Positions 47,535 through 60,589 of a DNA stretch of 64,000 bases are shown in pieces (within the stretch, counting starts at the first letter, position 1; each line of letters starts with the position of its first letter). The stretch covers positions 6,848,493-6,912,492 of the forward strand of contig CM055976.1 in NCBI GenBank assembly GCA_029531755.1, given 5' to 3'. The notes under the pieces were generated by a model. That model ran no database searches. It saw nothing but the letters and a program-made list of their open reading frames with translations, and was not told the DNA's origin. The DNA comes from Holothuria leucospilota. Taxonomy: Eukaryota. The translations under genes and the position numbers were made by a program.

Positions 47535-48870
47535 GTTGTTTATTATTAGCTCAACAAGTTGAGCTATTGTCATGGCAATGCGTCTGTCTGTCTGTCTGTC
47601 TGTCCGTCTGTCTGTCCGTCAACATTGGAAAAAAGGCTGCTGCCTGCAGGTGCTTTGACCGTTCCTTCTCAAAGTTGGTGTGGGTATAACACATATCAAG
47701 GGCTTGATAATTATGGTAACAGGAAGTAGGTCAAAGGTCATTGGGGGTCGTGAGAGGTCAAAGAGTGAAATCACGCAAAAGCCTTCAACTCCTTGTGGTT
47801 TTGTTGGAATCTTTTCAAATTTGACAGGAATATTCAGAAAATGATTGGTCATCAAAGTTGTTCTTTTGAAGTAGATCAAAGGTCATTTGGGGTCAAAGAG
47901 AGGTCAAGCAAAAGGAGGTCAAACAGTGTAATCACGCAAAAGCCTTCAACTCCTATGGGTTATGTCTGAATTTTATCAAATTTGGCAAGAGTGTTAAGAA
48001 GATAATGGGTCATCAATGTTCTACTTTTGAAGTAGGTCAAAGGTCATTTGGGGTCATGCAGGGGTCAAACAGTGAAACCACTCAAAAGCCTTCAACTCCT
48101 AGGGGTTTATATCCATATGTTATCATAATTGGTCAGGGTGTTTAGTAGATAACAGGTCATCAAAGTTGTACTTTTAAAGTTGGTCAAAGGTCATCTGGGG
48201 TCAAGCAGGGGTCAAACAGTGAAATCAATCAAAAGCCTTCAACTCCTAAGGGTTATATCCAAATCTTATCAAAGTTAGCCAGAGTGTTCAGTAGATGACA
48301 AGCTGTCAAAGTTGTACTTTTGAAGTAGGTCAAAGGTCATTTGGGGTCAAAGAAAGGTCAAAAAGTGAAATGTTGTAAATGTCTTCAATTCTTAAGGGTT
48401 ATATCCAAATCTTATCAACGTTAGCCAGAGGGTTCAATTGATGATAGGTCATCAGAGTTGTACTTATGAAGTAGGTCAAAGGTCATCTGGGGTCAGAGAG
48501 GTCAAACCGTGAAATCACTCAAAACCCTTCAGCCACTAGGGGTTATATCCAAACCTTATCAAAGTTGGCCAGAGTGTACAGTAGATGACAGGTCTTCAAA
48601 GTTGTACTTTTGAAGAAGGTCAAAGGTCATTTGGGGTCAAGGAGAGGTCAAACACTGGAATTGTGCAAATGCCTTCAGCTCCTAGGGGTTGTGTCTGACT
48701 TTTATCAAAGTTGACAAGAGTATGCAGTAGATGAATTGATGGGTCATCAGAGTTTTACTTTTGAAGAAGTTTAAAGTTGTTTGGGGTCAAAGAGCTAGGG
48801 CAAACAGTAGAATCAAGCAAAAGCCTTGAAATACTCATGGTTGTGTCGGAATCTTATCAAAGTTGGCCAG
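47535..48870 (+). mobile_element. Family 2 composite element, copy 2, with the same hairpin head, (GTCT/GTCC)n and about 8 satellite units of ~150 bp. It truncates copy 3 of the 4-kb tandem unit.
   Basis: Head ttattagctcaacaagttgagctattgtcatggcaatgcgtctgtctgtctgtc at 47547-47600. The satellite units recur about every 140-160 bp from 47736 to ~48860. Confidence 0.75.
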
Positions 48871-48904
48871 AGTGTGCAGTGGATGATGCATAGGTGTACT
48901 TTGT

Positions 48905-49290
48905 GTTGATGTTAATTAGTGTTTGCACTGGGTACCCGGGTACCCGACCGATGATGTCAGGACCCTGTTCTCAAATTGCTAGCTGGATCCAAAGTTTCAC
49001 TAACATAGATTGCATGTGTGACAGAACACCTAACATGTTACTTTTTCCCTGGCAAAATTTATCACGGACACGCCTAAGAACACTTGTCATGCCTTTACGT
49101 AAGATACGTTGGTGTTATATTATATCAACTTGCAAAGCAAAATTTCTCATTATGACTTTTATGACTTTAGAACAAACTTGTAGCCTAACATAAGTTATAT
49201 TTTCGGGTACCCGGGTACCCGACCGACCATCGAGTTCGGGGAACCTGGTTCCGAGTTTTGGACCCTGTGCAAACACTAATGTTAATTGCC
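48905..49290. mobile_element. MITE (~380 bp) with TTAA-initiated terminal inverted repeats (TTAATTAGTGTTTGCAC / GTGCAAACACTAATGTTAA) and an internal direct repeat GGGTACCCGGGTACCCGACCGA.
   Basis: The TIRs were read directly at 48907-48923 and 49267-49285. The TTAA at both termini is suggestive of the piggyBac superfamily. Confidence 0.6.
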
Positions 49291-50944
49291 ATTTGGGGTC
49301 ACAAAACATCATATGGTGAAATGCATGCTAGTGCTTCTCCATAAGGGTTTATGTTTTGTATGATGTATACTATAGGAATCATTTTTTGACAGACCTGACG
49401 AATTGGGGTATAAGTAGCCTAATTTTTGTCAGCAGAATTACCTACAGTACTGTGCCCACAAACACTTAACAAAAAGTCGCAAGCCGGACAACTCTAGCAG
49501 ATATACCACTGCTGTGACCATTTACATCTATAGCACTGAAGTTCCTAGATCATGACAGTCTACGACTCCTTGATTTGGATCCCTAGTGAAACTATATAAC
49601 ATAAACTGTGTGAGAGAAATTTTAGTTGAGCTACAGCATCATTGATGCTCTTGTAGTATTTTGTTTCTTTGGTATTATCATTGTTCTAGTTCATACCAGG
49701 AGATGCAGTTTGAATGAAAGATTTGTTTGCAAATGTTTTGAAGCCTTATCAGATCTTTCTATGCATGTCTATGGTGTAGTAAAAAAACAATTATCTTCCA
49801 TTATCAGGATAAACAGATTTAGGAAAAAGAAAATGGGAAAAAATTTTTCTCCCTAGTGTACAGCAATTTCAATGCAGAAAGGGTATTGATGTATTCAAAG
49901 TGTCAAAAGTAAGGACTAAATTTGTTAAATGTTTGCTGTAAATAGGTACATGTATCCCAGAGTGGCATAAAATCATAAAATATGGATAAAAATGGGCTTT
50001 AGCATAAAAAAGTCACAAAATGATGGGAAAAAGGATGCAGTAACTACATGGAGATGTGCACTGAACTACATAGACATGTACATGGCATAGAGTGATTACT
50101 GTGGGTGGGGTGTGAAGGCTTTGGCCACACAATTTCACAACTATGGGCCATAAGTGTGCTGGACCACTTCTAACTTGGGGGTCTGCAGCACTTCTGCCTG
50201 AAATTTTAATGCATATTGCCCAAAAGTGGCATATATTTCACAACAAAATGACAAATTTTCTGCTCAAATGGGGCACTCTCCCATCTCATACTCCTATGGC
50301 TATGGTAATCTCATACTCTTATGGCTATGGTAGATCAATTTCTGTTTTGCATAGATGTTTCCATGTTCCCCACACTTGGCAAAGTTATGATTCTTGCTAC
50401 TGTTATACTGTATTTTGAATATAAAAATGTATATTTTTTTTTTATTTGTATATAAAAATCTTTTTTAGAAATATGAACACATGAAGGATTAGTGTCCCAT
50501 GGAGGTTTGATCCATTTGGGATGCAGGACAGTTGACCAAAATTTGGGATGATTCCCATCAAAAAGAGGATGCCTGGTCATCCTGTCAATGATTGTTATCT
50601 CAATATTTAGCACTCTGCAGCTGTATTTTACAGCAGCCTAGGGCATAGGTCAATAATTTTGTGCTGAGTAAACTTGTAATGATGACACTATGGCAAGAAA
50701 TATATCTACAGTATTTTTTAGTGAGAGTAGACTGAGATAATCATTGCATAGTATTTGCTAGACCCATCCTAGTTTCCCAGTAAAAAAAACTACAGCCACA
50801 AAGTTTTAAGAAAAATCTATTCCAGCTATGCAGTGAGCATAAATGAATATTAAAATGCCCCTGACTTTACAGAAAGTGTAATGTTTGTGGTTCATATTAA
50901 AATGTTAGAAAGATAATCTCTGTGTGGTATCTTATAAAATTTGT

Positions 50945-52890
50945 TTTTGGTTTCGATGATAAGAGAAACCTGTGCATTCATGATGACATGTGTATGTATG
51001 TGTGTATATCCACGTCTGTAATGGGCGCCTATTGGGGACACACACCGGTCCTTGAGACGTGAACTGGGGACATGATGAAAATCGGGGATATCCCCGATTT
51101 TAGTATCACTTCAAATGTGCCTTTGGGAGTCAAAGTAGTACGCCCTCTGCTTATCATACAGTTTCAAGCAAGTTCCACAGTTCACCTGCTCACCACACGT
51201 TCATGTGTAAAATCTGTGTAATTTTAGCTTTGATTAAATGCCATACACTCTCTTGTGAAATTATCCCCGGTTTCTGTGTGTGGAAAACACGCCCCTTTTT
51301 CACACACGACCATGCGCTGAGCAGGTGAACTGGGGATATTTCAATAGAGAGTAATTATCCCCGGTTCCCTAACTTTCGCAGTGTGTGAAATATGCTCCCC
51401 ATTTCCATAGCTGGCAGTCCAAGTAGATAGAAACATAAGTTGAGTTATTTCAACACGGGATATCTACAGCTATGACGTAGCCGTTGTAATTCCAATGACG
51501 TTTTGGCTCTAGCGCCCCCAGAAAGTGTATCCCCACTTCACGTCTCAAAATCCAGTATCCCCAGTAGGCGCCCTGAACGGGTAAGTGTGTTTTTGTGTGT
51601 GTATGTGCTTGTGATTGTGACACTTATCTCATTAACACGATATCTCATGAAGGGAAACTGACAGTTCTCAAACTTGGTGCATAGATGCCCCATGGTGAGA
51701 GGAAGAACTCTATTGTTTTTGGTGGAGGTCAAAGGTCATCTGGGGTCACCGGGGTCAAAACCAAAAACATTAACACAATGTCTCAAGATTGAAAGCTTGG
51801 ATAAATTGATGCCTTAAGGTGAGAGGAAGCACCCTATTTTTTGGTGGGGGTCAAAGGTCATGTGGCATCACCAGTGTCAAAACCTGAAAATGTTAACATG
51901 ATATCTCAAGATATGAAGCTTGGATAAATTTCATACGTAGTATGTAGGTGCCTTATGGTGAGAGGAAGAATGCTATTGTTTTTGGTGGGGTCAAAGGTCA
52001 CCTGAGGTCACCGGGGGTCAAACTCTGAAAACCTTGTGTACACGATATCTCCAGATGGGAAGCTTGGATAAATTTCATACTTAGTGTGTAGATACCATAT
52101 GGTGAGAGGAAGAACCCTATTGTTTTTAATGGGGGTTAAGGGTCACCTAAAGTCACCAGGGTCAAATTCTGAAAACCTTTTTAACATGATATCTGAAAGT
52201 AGGAAGCTTGGATGAATTTTTTACTTAGTATGTGGATGTGTTATGGTGAGACAAAGGATCCTATTTTTATAGGGCAGGTCAAAGGTCATTTTGGGTCACC
52301 AGGGGTGGTCAAACCCTGACAACCTTGTTAAGATGATAGCTCAAGGTAGGAAGCTTGGATAATTTCATACTTAGTATGTGGATGCCTTATGGTAAGAGAA
52401 AAAACCGTATTGTTTTGGTAGGGGGTTAAAGTTCATCCGGGGTCCCCAGGGGTCAAACTCTAAAAACCTTTTTAACACGATATCTCAAGTTAGAAAGCTT
52501 GAATAAATTTCATACTTAATATTATGTAGATGCCTTACGGTAAGAGGAAGAACCCTATTGTTTTATAGTGGAGGTCAGAGGTCATCTTTATCTGGGTCAC
52601 CAGAGGTTAAAAAATAAAATTTCCCAGGATTCCCAAGATCGTCATTTGGGGTAACCACAGGTCAAAGTAAAATTCCCCTAGAATTCCCAAGATCATCATC
52701 TGGGGTTTTCAGAGGTCAAAATGCAAAATTTCCAAAGAATTCCCAAGATCAGATATGAACACAAAACTATTTTTCCAACATGTTAAGATAGCATTTGAAC
52801 AGTGACTGAAAGAAATGGGACAACATGGCATTATTTGGAATAAAACAAAAACCGTCAAAACCTCAGTGCATTTTTGCATTCTGGTTGTAA
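50945..52890 (+). mobile_element. Family 1 satellite-carrying element, copy C, with about 7 units. Its head is interrupted by a nested TIR MITE at 51023-51573.
   Basis: The head ggtttcgatgataagagaaacctgtgcattcatgatg lies at 50950. It resumes after the MITE with gtgtgtttttgtgtgtgtatgtgcttgtgattgtgacacttatctcattaacacgatatctc, which matches the heads of copies A and B. The tail is at 52600-52890. Confidence 0.8.
51023..51573. mobile_element. Non-autonomous TIR element (MITE, ~550 bp) nested inside the head of family 1 copy C.
   Basis: Terminal inverted repeats GGGCGCCTATTGGGGACA...CCTTGAGACGTGAACTGGGGA at the left end and their reverse complement TCCCCACTTCACGTCTCAAA...TCCCCAGTAGGCGCCC at the right end. 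Insertion into a known repeat gives clean empty-site evidence, because copies A and B lack it. Confidence 0.75.
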
Positions 52891-53125
52891 ACCGTTGGCA
52901 AGAATGAGCTTTCTTCTCTTAAATGCTCAGTCTTGACCAAGTATCTTTCCGTCTGTTTTGTTTTGTGTCATTGTTTCTAATGAATAAACTTGCTGGGTGG
53001 AATGAAAATGCTTAGCTGAAAAATAAGGTAATGAGTTGCTGTCTGTTGTGTTCTTCTTGGATCATATCTCAACTGAGTATTTTTTCTTTTGGACTTCATT
53101 GTCATAAATTTTTCTTTTATCCTAG

Positions 53126-53188
53126 GAGAGCTTTTCACCACAGACACTTGAATCTGAAAGTTTTATAGCAGTGGAAATGGGTGATAAA
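53126..53188 (+). CDS. Candidate small exon (ESFSPQTLESESFIAVEMGDK).
   Basis: Acceptor tttatcctAG (53123-25) and donor GATAAA|GTAAGT (53189). 63 bp, phase 0. Confidence 0.25.
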
Positions 53189-54828
53189 GTAAGTATGTGC
53201 AGGTTATTGATTTCACAGTATCCGAGACAGTCCTGTTGTAGGTGAGGTTGTGGGTCCCTCCCACGTAGGTCTACAGTAGTTTGCAGGTTACCTGGGGAAA
53301 TAGAAGGAAGTATGGAATTTTGTTGAATACTTTAATCCCATCTACACTATCATTCATTTGTTCAAGACTTCATCATACATGTGGGTGTTACAATGTCCAT
53401 GAACTCAGGTATGATTGTAGACGGGCCTCCCAAAAAAGTTGAACAAATTCCAACATATGAAATTGTTCAAATTTTTAGCTGTGTGTTTCATCTTTGCAGA
53501 AAATGTTCAAAACTTTTGAAAAAGTTGGGTTCAGTTCTTATCATTTGCTCATAAAGTATGGTCTTGGTACAAGAAATCATCGCCTAAACTTACATATTAC
53601 TCGATTACAGAGCTGCCAACCATTCCCATTTTGTTGTAATTTTTCTGTATTTTTAGAGATAAATAGGGCAGTATGCTTTTTTCATGTAAAATGCACATTA
53701 GAGGGAATGTCCATTAGCCAGGATTGAGAAAAACTCAAACCACAACTAATCCTCTTAGCAAATAAACTGAAGTGAAGTTCATGTATGTATAAAGATGTAG
53801 CTAGTGTTTAATGGTCCCACTAGGTTTGATCAAGTAATGGTTTCTAGCCTATTACTGTTCATGCATTTCTCATGAAAGGTAATACCCAGTGTGCATGCTG
53901 ATATAACTGGAAGTGTATTGTACTTTCCTGCCTGGACACTCACGGCATCCAACAACTGGAATGGCTGTGGTGTCATTAATGTTTCAACTCAGGCAACAAA
54001 CTGCAGCACATCATTATCTCAGTACACAAGGAGTCCATATATATATATGGGAATTTCAGGTCTACAGTCAAATTATCAGATCTCTTGAGCAATATGACTT
54101 TAAAGGGAATTAGAATACTTGAAACTTTACCTTGGTTTTAGAAGACAAACTGTGAAATAAAGGTAGCTTTCACTACATTATCCCAACTTATACACTTCTT
54201 AGTGTTAAGGAGTGTGAAGGTTTTGTTGGTGTATATTTAAAGCTTTATGGAGTAAATATTACCTTTGTGGCTAAAACTTGTTAAATAATTGTTACAACTC
54301 AACACCACCTCGCCACAAGTATTTCTAAGACACTTATTTAATACCTTACATATTTTCTGTCACAGTGTGGTTTTGAGGAGTGAGAAACAACTGCACTTAT
54401 GCAGGTTGACCATGTATGTGCTTCATTTGTCATTATGATAATTTTGAGGGGTTCCATACTTGCCTGAATAGGAGGACCAAAAGCCTATCATTTCTCATGA
54501 TGTCCAAAAGTTACTTGGCATAACCAGCTAAGCAGGGTTCAAATAAGCACAATTTTTTGTGTAGCCAGGTCTTTTTCATTGTAGGTGGTTACCTCATTGT
54601 TTTTAATTTTTTTTTATATATCTTTTTGGCAATTGCATCAAAATTTTATGCTACATATTTGGAATATGGCATTTTATTTACGCAAAAGTTTTGCCACATT
54701 TTGCTATACAATAAGAGGGTATTTCAAACGCTGAGCAGAGATCAAGTAAAATATTACAAGAATAGTGACAGAGCTATGTGTCATTTCAGGACAGCCTGCA
54801 TTTCCCTGTTCCTCAATTTTCTCTTTAG

Positions 54829-55065
54829 GAGGAAAGACTTCTTGAGGTTGCCATGACATCCACTCTGGGCATGCATGATAAAGATGAAGATGACCTCTCC
54901 AGGAGGAGTCATCAGAAGAAAAAGAAGAAGAAGAAGGGTAAGGAAGATCCCTTGGACCAGCCTGCAAAATGGGACAAGCCACGGAAGAGACAGTCTAGAT
55001 CCCGATCAAGGGACAGAGAGTCTGAAGTATCAGAAAGCATTATGGAGGAGAAAGAGACAGAGGAG
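54829..55065 (+). CDS. Candidate exon encoding a highly charged, K/E/S/R-rich segment (EERLLEVAMTSTLGMHDKDEDDLSRRSHQKKKKKKKGKEDPLDQPAKWDKPRKRQSRSRSRDRESEVSESIMEEKETEE). It may be the C-terminal tail of the same gene or a separate gene.
   Basis: It is the longest uninterrupted + strand ORF in an otherwise stop-dense region. Acceptor ttctctttAG (54826-28) and consensus donor GAGGAG|GTAAGG (55066). 237 bp, phase 0. Confidence 0.3.
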
Positions 55066-56649
55066 GTAAGGAGACTCTAGGACTAAATGCCTTCCATGTC
55101 CTTTTGAGCCTGCATACACTTTCCATAGGTATATGAAATTTTGATATGGCATGATCTGTTAGTGTTGCTCTTTGTTAGCTTCTGCAGTAATCTCGCGTTT
55201 ACTGTTCTATTAATATTGTGATACTAATCAGTCTCTCCGTCCGCCCATGTGTCCATCTTCCCTCCGATTGTCTATCTGTCCATTCACATGTTCCGATGTA
55301 TGCACACTTACATACTTTTGCAAAGAGTGCTTAAGTTATTATCTGAAAATTTCCTGTGTATGGGTCAGGATCAGAGTTCAGTTGCATCAAGTCTACTGGG
55401 TGTTTTATTTCAAAGAGGGAAAGGGGTGGACCTTAAATGATCAGATCAGGCTAAAAAGAATTTTCAAAGTTAATGAAGATAAATCAACTTTATTAATCCA
55501 TGAGGGAAACAACATTTCTGCAGTAAAATACAATTTTTACATAAATGAAGGAAACAGTAAAAATATAAAGTGTAAAAAACAAAGTAATAAAGGGAATTTA
55601 AAGACCTGTGCTGATTGCATATGACCTTTAAACTCGACCAAAAGTGAATAAGAAAAAAATGAAAAGCAGAGATGTCTTCGGAGGGATTGGTACCCAGACC
55701 ATCTGCATGAGAAACCCAGCTCTAATCCACTACCCCATCAAAGAACTCGTTCAGCATATGGTATTTCTAATCATGCTGTAGTCCAAGCATCCTTTTAACA
55801 TATTAATAATTAGGTAATTTAAATTGGTATTATTACTGTAACAGTTATGCTTGTGAAAAAATAAATGTTATTCTCTATAACTTTATCTAATGGTGAAAAA
55901 ATTCAGCCCAGCTTTTTGTTGGTCAGGAAACACTGGACATGATTTGGAGGTACCACCACTGTCTATTCAGTTACAAGGTTTCAGTAATTGTACATCTGAT
56001 GACCTTCAACCTTCCAACAAACGCTTACAGTTCCATCTCTCTTAAAGTAACACATCTATATGCCAAGTATGAGAAGGATTCATCATCCCTGTCTTTGAAT
56101 ATTGTTCTTTCAAGGTTTTTGGCTTTTGACTTCTGACAACCTTAATGACCTCTCACCTCTACTGAATACAATCAGGTTCTTTCTTCAGTGGGATCAAGTT
56201 ACATACCAAGTATGAAGATTGTCCATCATTGCTGTCTTGAGATACCGTGTTTAAAAGCAGTTTTTAAGAATTTCATATTTTCACCCCGGTGACCTCATAT
56301 AACCTTTGACCTTTACCAAAATCAATAGGGCTTATCTTTCGATTATAGCAAATCCTCATGCCAATTATAAAAAGCATCCATCCTTCCAATGTAGAGATTT
56401 CATGTTTACAGGATCTTCAGTTTTTTACCTCTGGTGACCTCACATGACCATTGACGTGCACCAAAAACAATAGGGGTCTTCCTCTTAATATAATAGTTCT
56501 ATATCACAAGTATGAAAATTATCCATCATTACCATTATGAGATATGTCTACAAGGCAAACATCACAAACACACATACATACACACACTGGCCCACACGAT
56601 GCATAGATTCCTTTTGCCTTCAGCAAGCCAAAAAGTCCACTCTAATTCC

Positions 56650-57140
56650 AGGGTCACACAAAATTAGTGTTCACTTCAGCTAACACTCCATAGGTATCTA
56701 TAGATGGGGACAAATTGCATTTCCAGGATAAAATGTCCATCAGCTAGCACTCAGTAGGTACATATAGATGAGGACCCATTTTAATACCAGGATAGAATAA
56801 CACAGTTGAGTGTCCATTTCTGCTAGCACTCAGTAGGTACCTATAGATGGGGACCCATTGCAGTACCAGGATAGAATACCACAGGTTAGTGTTCAGCTGG
56901 CACTCTATACATGTCTATAGATGATGACACATTACAATACCAGGATAGAATACCACAGTTTTGTTTCAATTTCAGGTTCAGTAATACTCCACAAGGATCC
57001 ATAGATGGAGACAATACAATCATGGCAATACCAGGATAAAATACAACAGTTTAGTTGTCCATTTCAGGTAGCACTTTATAGGTATCTGTAGATGTGGACA
57101 CATTGTTATACCAGGATAGAATACCTTAGTTAAGTTTTCA
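56650..57140 (+). repeat. Minisatellite, about 6 units of ~78 bp (...CCAGGATAGAATACCACAGTT...AGCACTCAGTAGGTACCTATAGATGGGGAC...).
   Basis: Recurrent motifs accaggatagaata and tatagatg appear at ~78-bp spacing. Confidence 0.7.
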
Positions 57141-59292
57141 TCAGGGTTGTAGCTAGACCAATTTTAGTGGTGGGCTCCAAGTGAACAGTCCCACCCGGAG
57201 TGTTCCACGTACTACATAAGGGCACAACTAGATGATTGTGAAGAATTATTTTAAGGACTGTTGTCAACAGTGAATGTGACTGTGTGCAACCATGTGAGAA
57301 ATCATGTATTTGTCTACCTTTCTAGAAGGGCAAGTGAAAAATGCCAGGACAAGTGAATTTCAATGTTTGGTTTCCCAACTTAGCAAGTGAGCATAAAGGT
57401 AAGTGTAGAGCCCATTGAATGATCAATTCCTTTTCTGAGTCAGAAAATCTGTGTTTGCGCAGGGATGGTTGTGAATGCCAAAAAACTCCTTTCAAGTGTA
57501 TTGTGCTGAGGGGCATTTTTACTTGAGTTTGTACCTTTACTGGCCAGAAACTGTACCAGAGAAGTATTGCAGTAACAATCTGGGTTCCTCAAATCTGAGG
57601 CTGGTCATCTCAATGCATTTCACAGACAGCAATGGCAAGCACACCTGAAATTAGGGAAGCTAGGCTATAAATAGCCCTCAATCAGCACCTAGTACACTAC
57701 AATCCATTAGACTACTCTCCAGATACAAGGCCTTTTTTCTCTGCATAAACATTTCCAGTAAACAGGATGATAGTGATACATCACAGATTTCTTGTATCTT
57801 GTAATCACTTAAAGACACCAACGAGCACAATTAAAATTACATTCAGTTCCTTTTATGCCTTAATTCCCTTTTTGGTAACTTGAAGAGCGTCGTTTGATTA
57901 TGGTGCATGAAATTTTCACAAAGATTGGTCGTAATTTCACGTGTGACATGAAGCCTACACTCTTCTGCAGATGAAATTACTGTTTATCCCTTGATCCTCC
58001 TCAGCATTCCCCTCGACAACCATACTTGACTGTGTATGGGAAGGATCTTCATATGGTATGCTGCAAAGTTTCATACCAGAAGGATTGCCTACACCCATTA
58101 ACGCAGATGGTATCCCCATGATCCTACTCAGCATTTCGCTTGACAACCATAGTCGACTGCGCATGCGAAGGATCTTTATATCGTATGATGCAGGTAGTCA
58201 GGCCAGTGACTCTTCATGGTCAAAGGTCACAGTGGGGAGCTGTAAGCATGACTCAAAGCAGACGACTTCTTGAAGGTGGATAGGAGTGGGATTTAAGTCA
58301 TTTTTTCGTAAAAGTTATCAATGATTTCACTCATAGAAGGTGTAATAGTGTTCTTATTGTTGTCCACTTAAATTGGTGACAGTTTGGTGAGTAAACAAGT
58401 AGTTGTGAGAGCTTAAAGTTTTTGTCACAATGCTGCATGTTGTGACTAAATCCTGATTTGTCAACATATGGCCTAAGGACCTATTACATGGAGCAAAGTG
58501 CCAATGGAGCATAGTGTATAGGGCCTGAAGGAGGGCTGTAGGCTATAAAGTGACTAACTTCTGCACAGTTCTGTTCATTTGTGAAAGCACTTTGGCTTCA
58601 CCAACATTTTGTCAAACTTCATTCCTAGTAACAAAGAAGTTTTGTTGTCCTGAGTGCTCTTTCTGTGTTACCCAAAAAGGGATTGAATTGCAAAGTTGGT
58701 CATTTGTACAGTGGACCATGCACACACTGCAAAGGTTGAGCACCATGTAGTACATGCTGTGAGTACATTCGACTGTTACATTTCTGTCTTATGGCGTGGA
58801 CTCATATGGAGAGTAGTACTTGAATTTATGGTTCAAGTGGGGTCTTGATAAAGTCCTTGAATTTTTTTCTAGGATATGCTATGCAGGTCTCACAGTGAAA
58901 CCTATAAAACCTATATTTCATCTTAGGAGCCTGTATATATTCCAAAATAACTAGAATCTATAAAAGCCTATATTTTTTATTTGTCTGATAACTTAAAAAA
59001 TAAGACTGTAGGGATGATGTTTATTTCCCCCTACTAGGGACAGACAACATCAGCTGACCAAGTTTCCCATATGATGTTACTTAATTTGTTTGTTCAGTTA
59101 TGACCATCTGTTGGGGAAACTAAAAATTCTGATTTAAATAGTTACTTTTAAACCCTAAACAAGTAAGTAAAACTGGTTTTAGTAGACTTAACATGCATCA
59201 ATTAAAAGGGGCAGGGGGTAGCATTATCTGATACTATGTAGGCAGTCTCTTGTGTTAAGCATTTTTCGAAACAAGTATTCTCAACAGACATT

Positions 59293-60491
59293 GCAGGGGT
59301 CGAAATTCCCGCTGTTCCGCTGTTCCGAGAACAGTGCTTTTAGTGCCGGAACAGTAACTTTTCAAACAACACTTTTCCGTGGAACAGTATTTTTCCACAA
59401 GAAGCAAAGTGCATATACAAATATATGCACATGCTAATTTCTGATGAAGTAATCACGCCGTGGATATCAAAAATCCCCATAAAGTTTGGCCTAAGTATGA
59501 AATGCAGTCTCATTCCAACCGTTATCAATTAAAGTCGGTTAGACTTGCACATGTTATTTCCCTATGCTGCATGGTACACATCTATTGTGTAAACTCACAC
59601 ACACACGTACTGAAGCTTTACTATCAAACGCAGACAAACTTTTTAGTAGAGTATGCCATTATTGCCCTGCAAGCAAAAGTCATCTTACATCACCCCAGCT
59701 TGTCTTGCATGGTATGTTCCAAATGATCACTAACTATTCATTGATATTCCCTCCACTCTGTTGTGTTTTTAGGGGGTTTTGTATTAATATTCCCCCTAAG
59801 CTAGCAACTAAGCACTGAAACTTGAAACGACTGAAAGCAAGTCTGACTGCTGATATCTCGCGACCCAAGTCAGGGGGCCTTAAGTGTTTTTTTTTCTTGC
59901 TTAAAATGCAAGATCTTTCCATTGACTTACTGTGTGGGAATGACAGTTAAAGCAATGTTGTGGCAAAGGATACGACTATTTGTTGTGAGAAAATAACATA
60001 AGTATGTGCATTCATAGGTTGAAGAACCCTCTCATTGCTTAGCTAAAGTAACCACAATACAAAGGACGAATCAAGCAAAAATATTCCTTTACGGTGTAAC
60101 TTTTTTGCTGTCACTCAAATCCCACTTGCCTTACTTGCCATGCCCTCTGCATCAGTTTTGAGCGTATTTCAGCCTAGGTCTTGGGACACTGAATGCAAGG
60201 TTATATGCTGGCAATAAAGTTATGCTTAAAACAAAAGATAAAAAAGGAAATCAGGATATCCCTCTGGGTAATCTCCCCTGCAGGATAAAATTCAACCTAC
60301 GTTAGGTCCAGCCGAGCAATTATACAACTCGAATACAATAGACAGCAATTTGTACCTTTGCACGTGTGCACAAATCATAGGTATGCCGAGGTACTGTACT
60401 TTGGAACAGTAAATTCTGATCCGGAACAGTAATATTGGAAAAAGCTCTGTTCCGTGGAACAGCAGCAAATAAATTAAATTTCAACCCCTGC
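59293..60491. mobile_element. Non-autonomous DNA transposon (~1.2 kb) with ~15-bp TIRs GCAGGGGTYGAAATT and subterminal GTTCCG / CGGAAC repeats.
   Basis: Left end gcaggggtcgaaattcccgctgttccgctgttccg. Right end cggaacagagc...aatttcaacccctgc. ATT flanks both ends and may be a TSD. There is no intact ORF inside. Confidence 0.55.
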
Positions 60492-60589
60492 ATTGTGTCT
60501 TTTTAGTAGCCCAGTAGCATCTGTGTGCTGTTGGATTGGGTTAATGATGGCAGATAATTTGTATTTCTACTATTTTAGGTTTTATCAAC

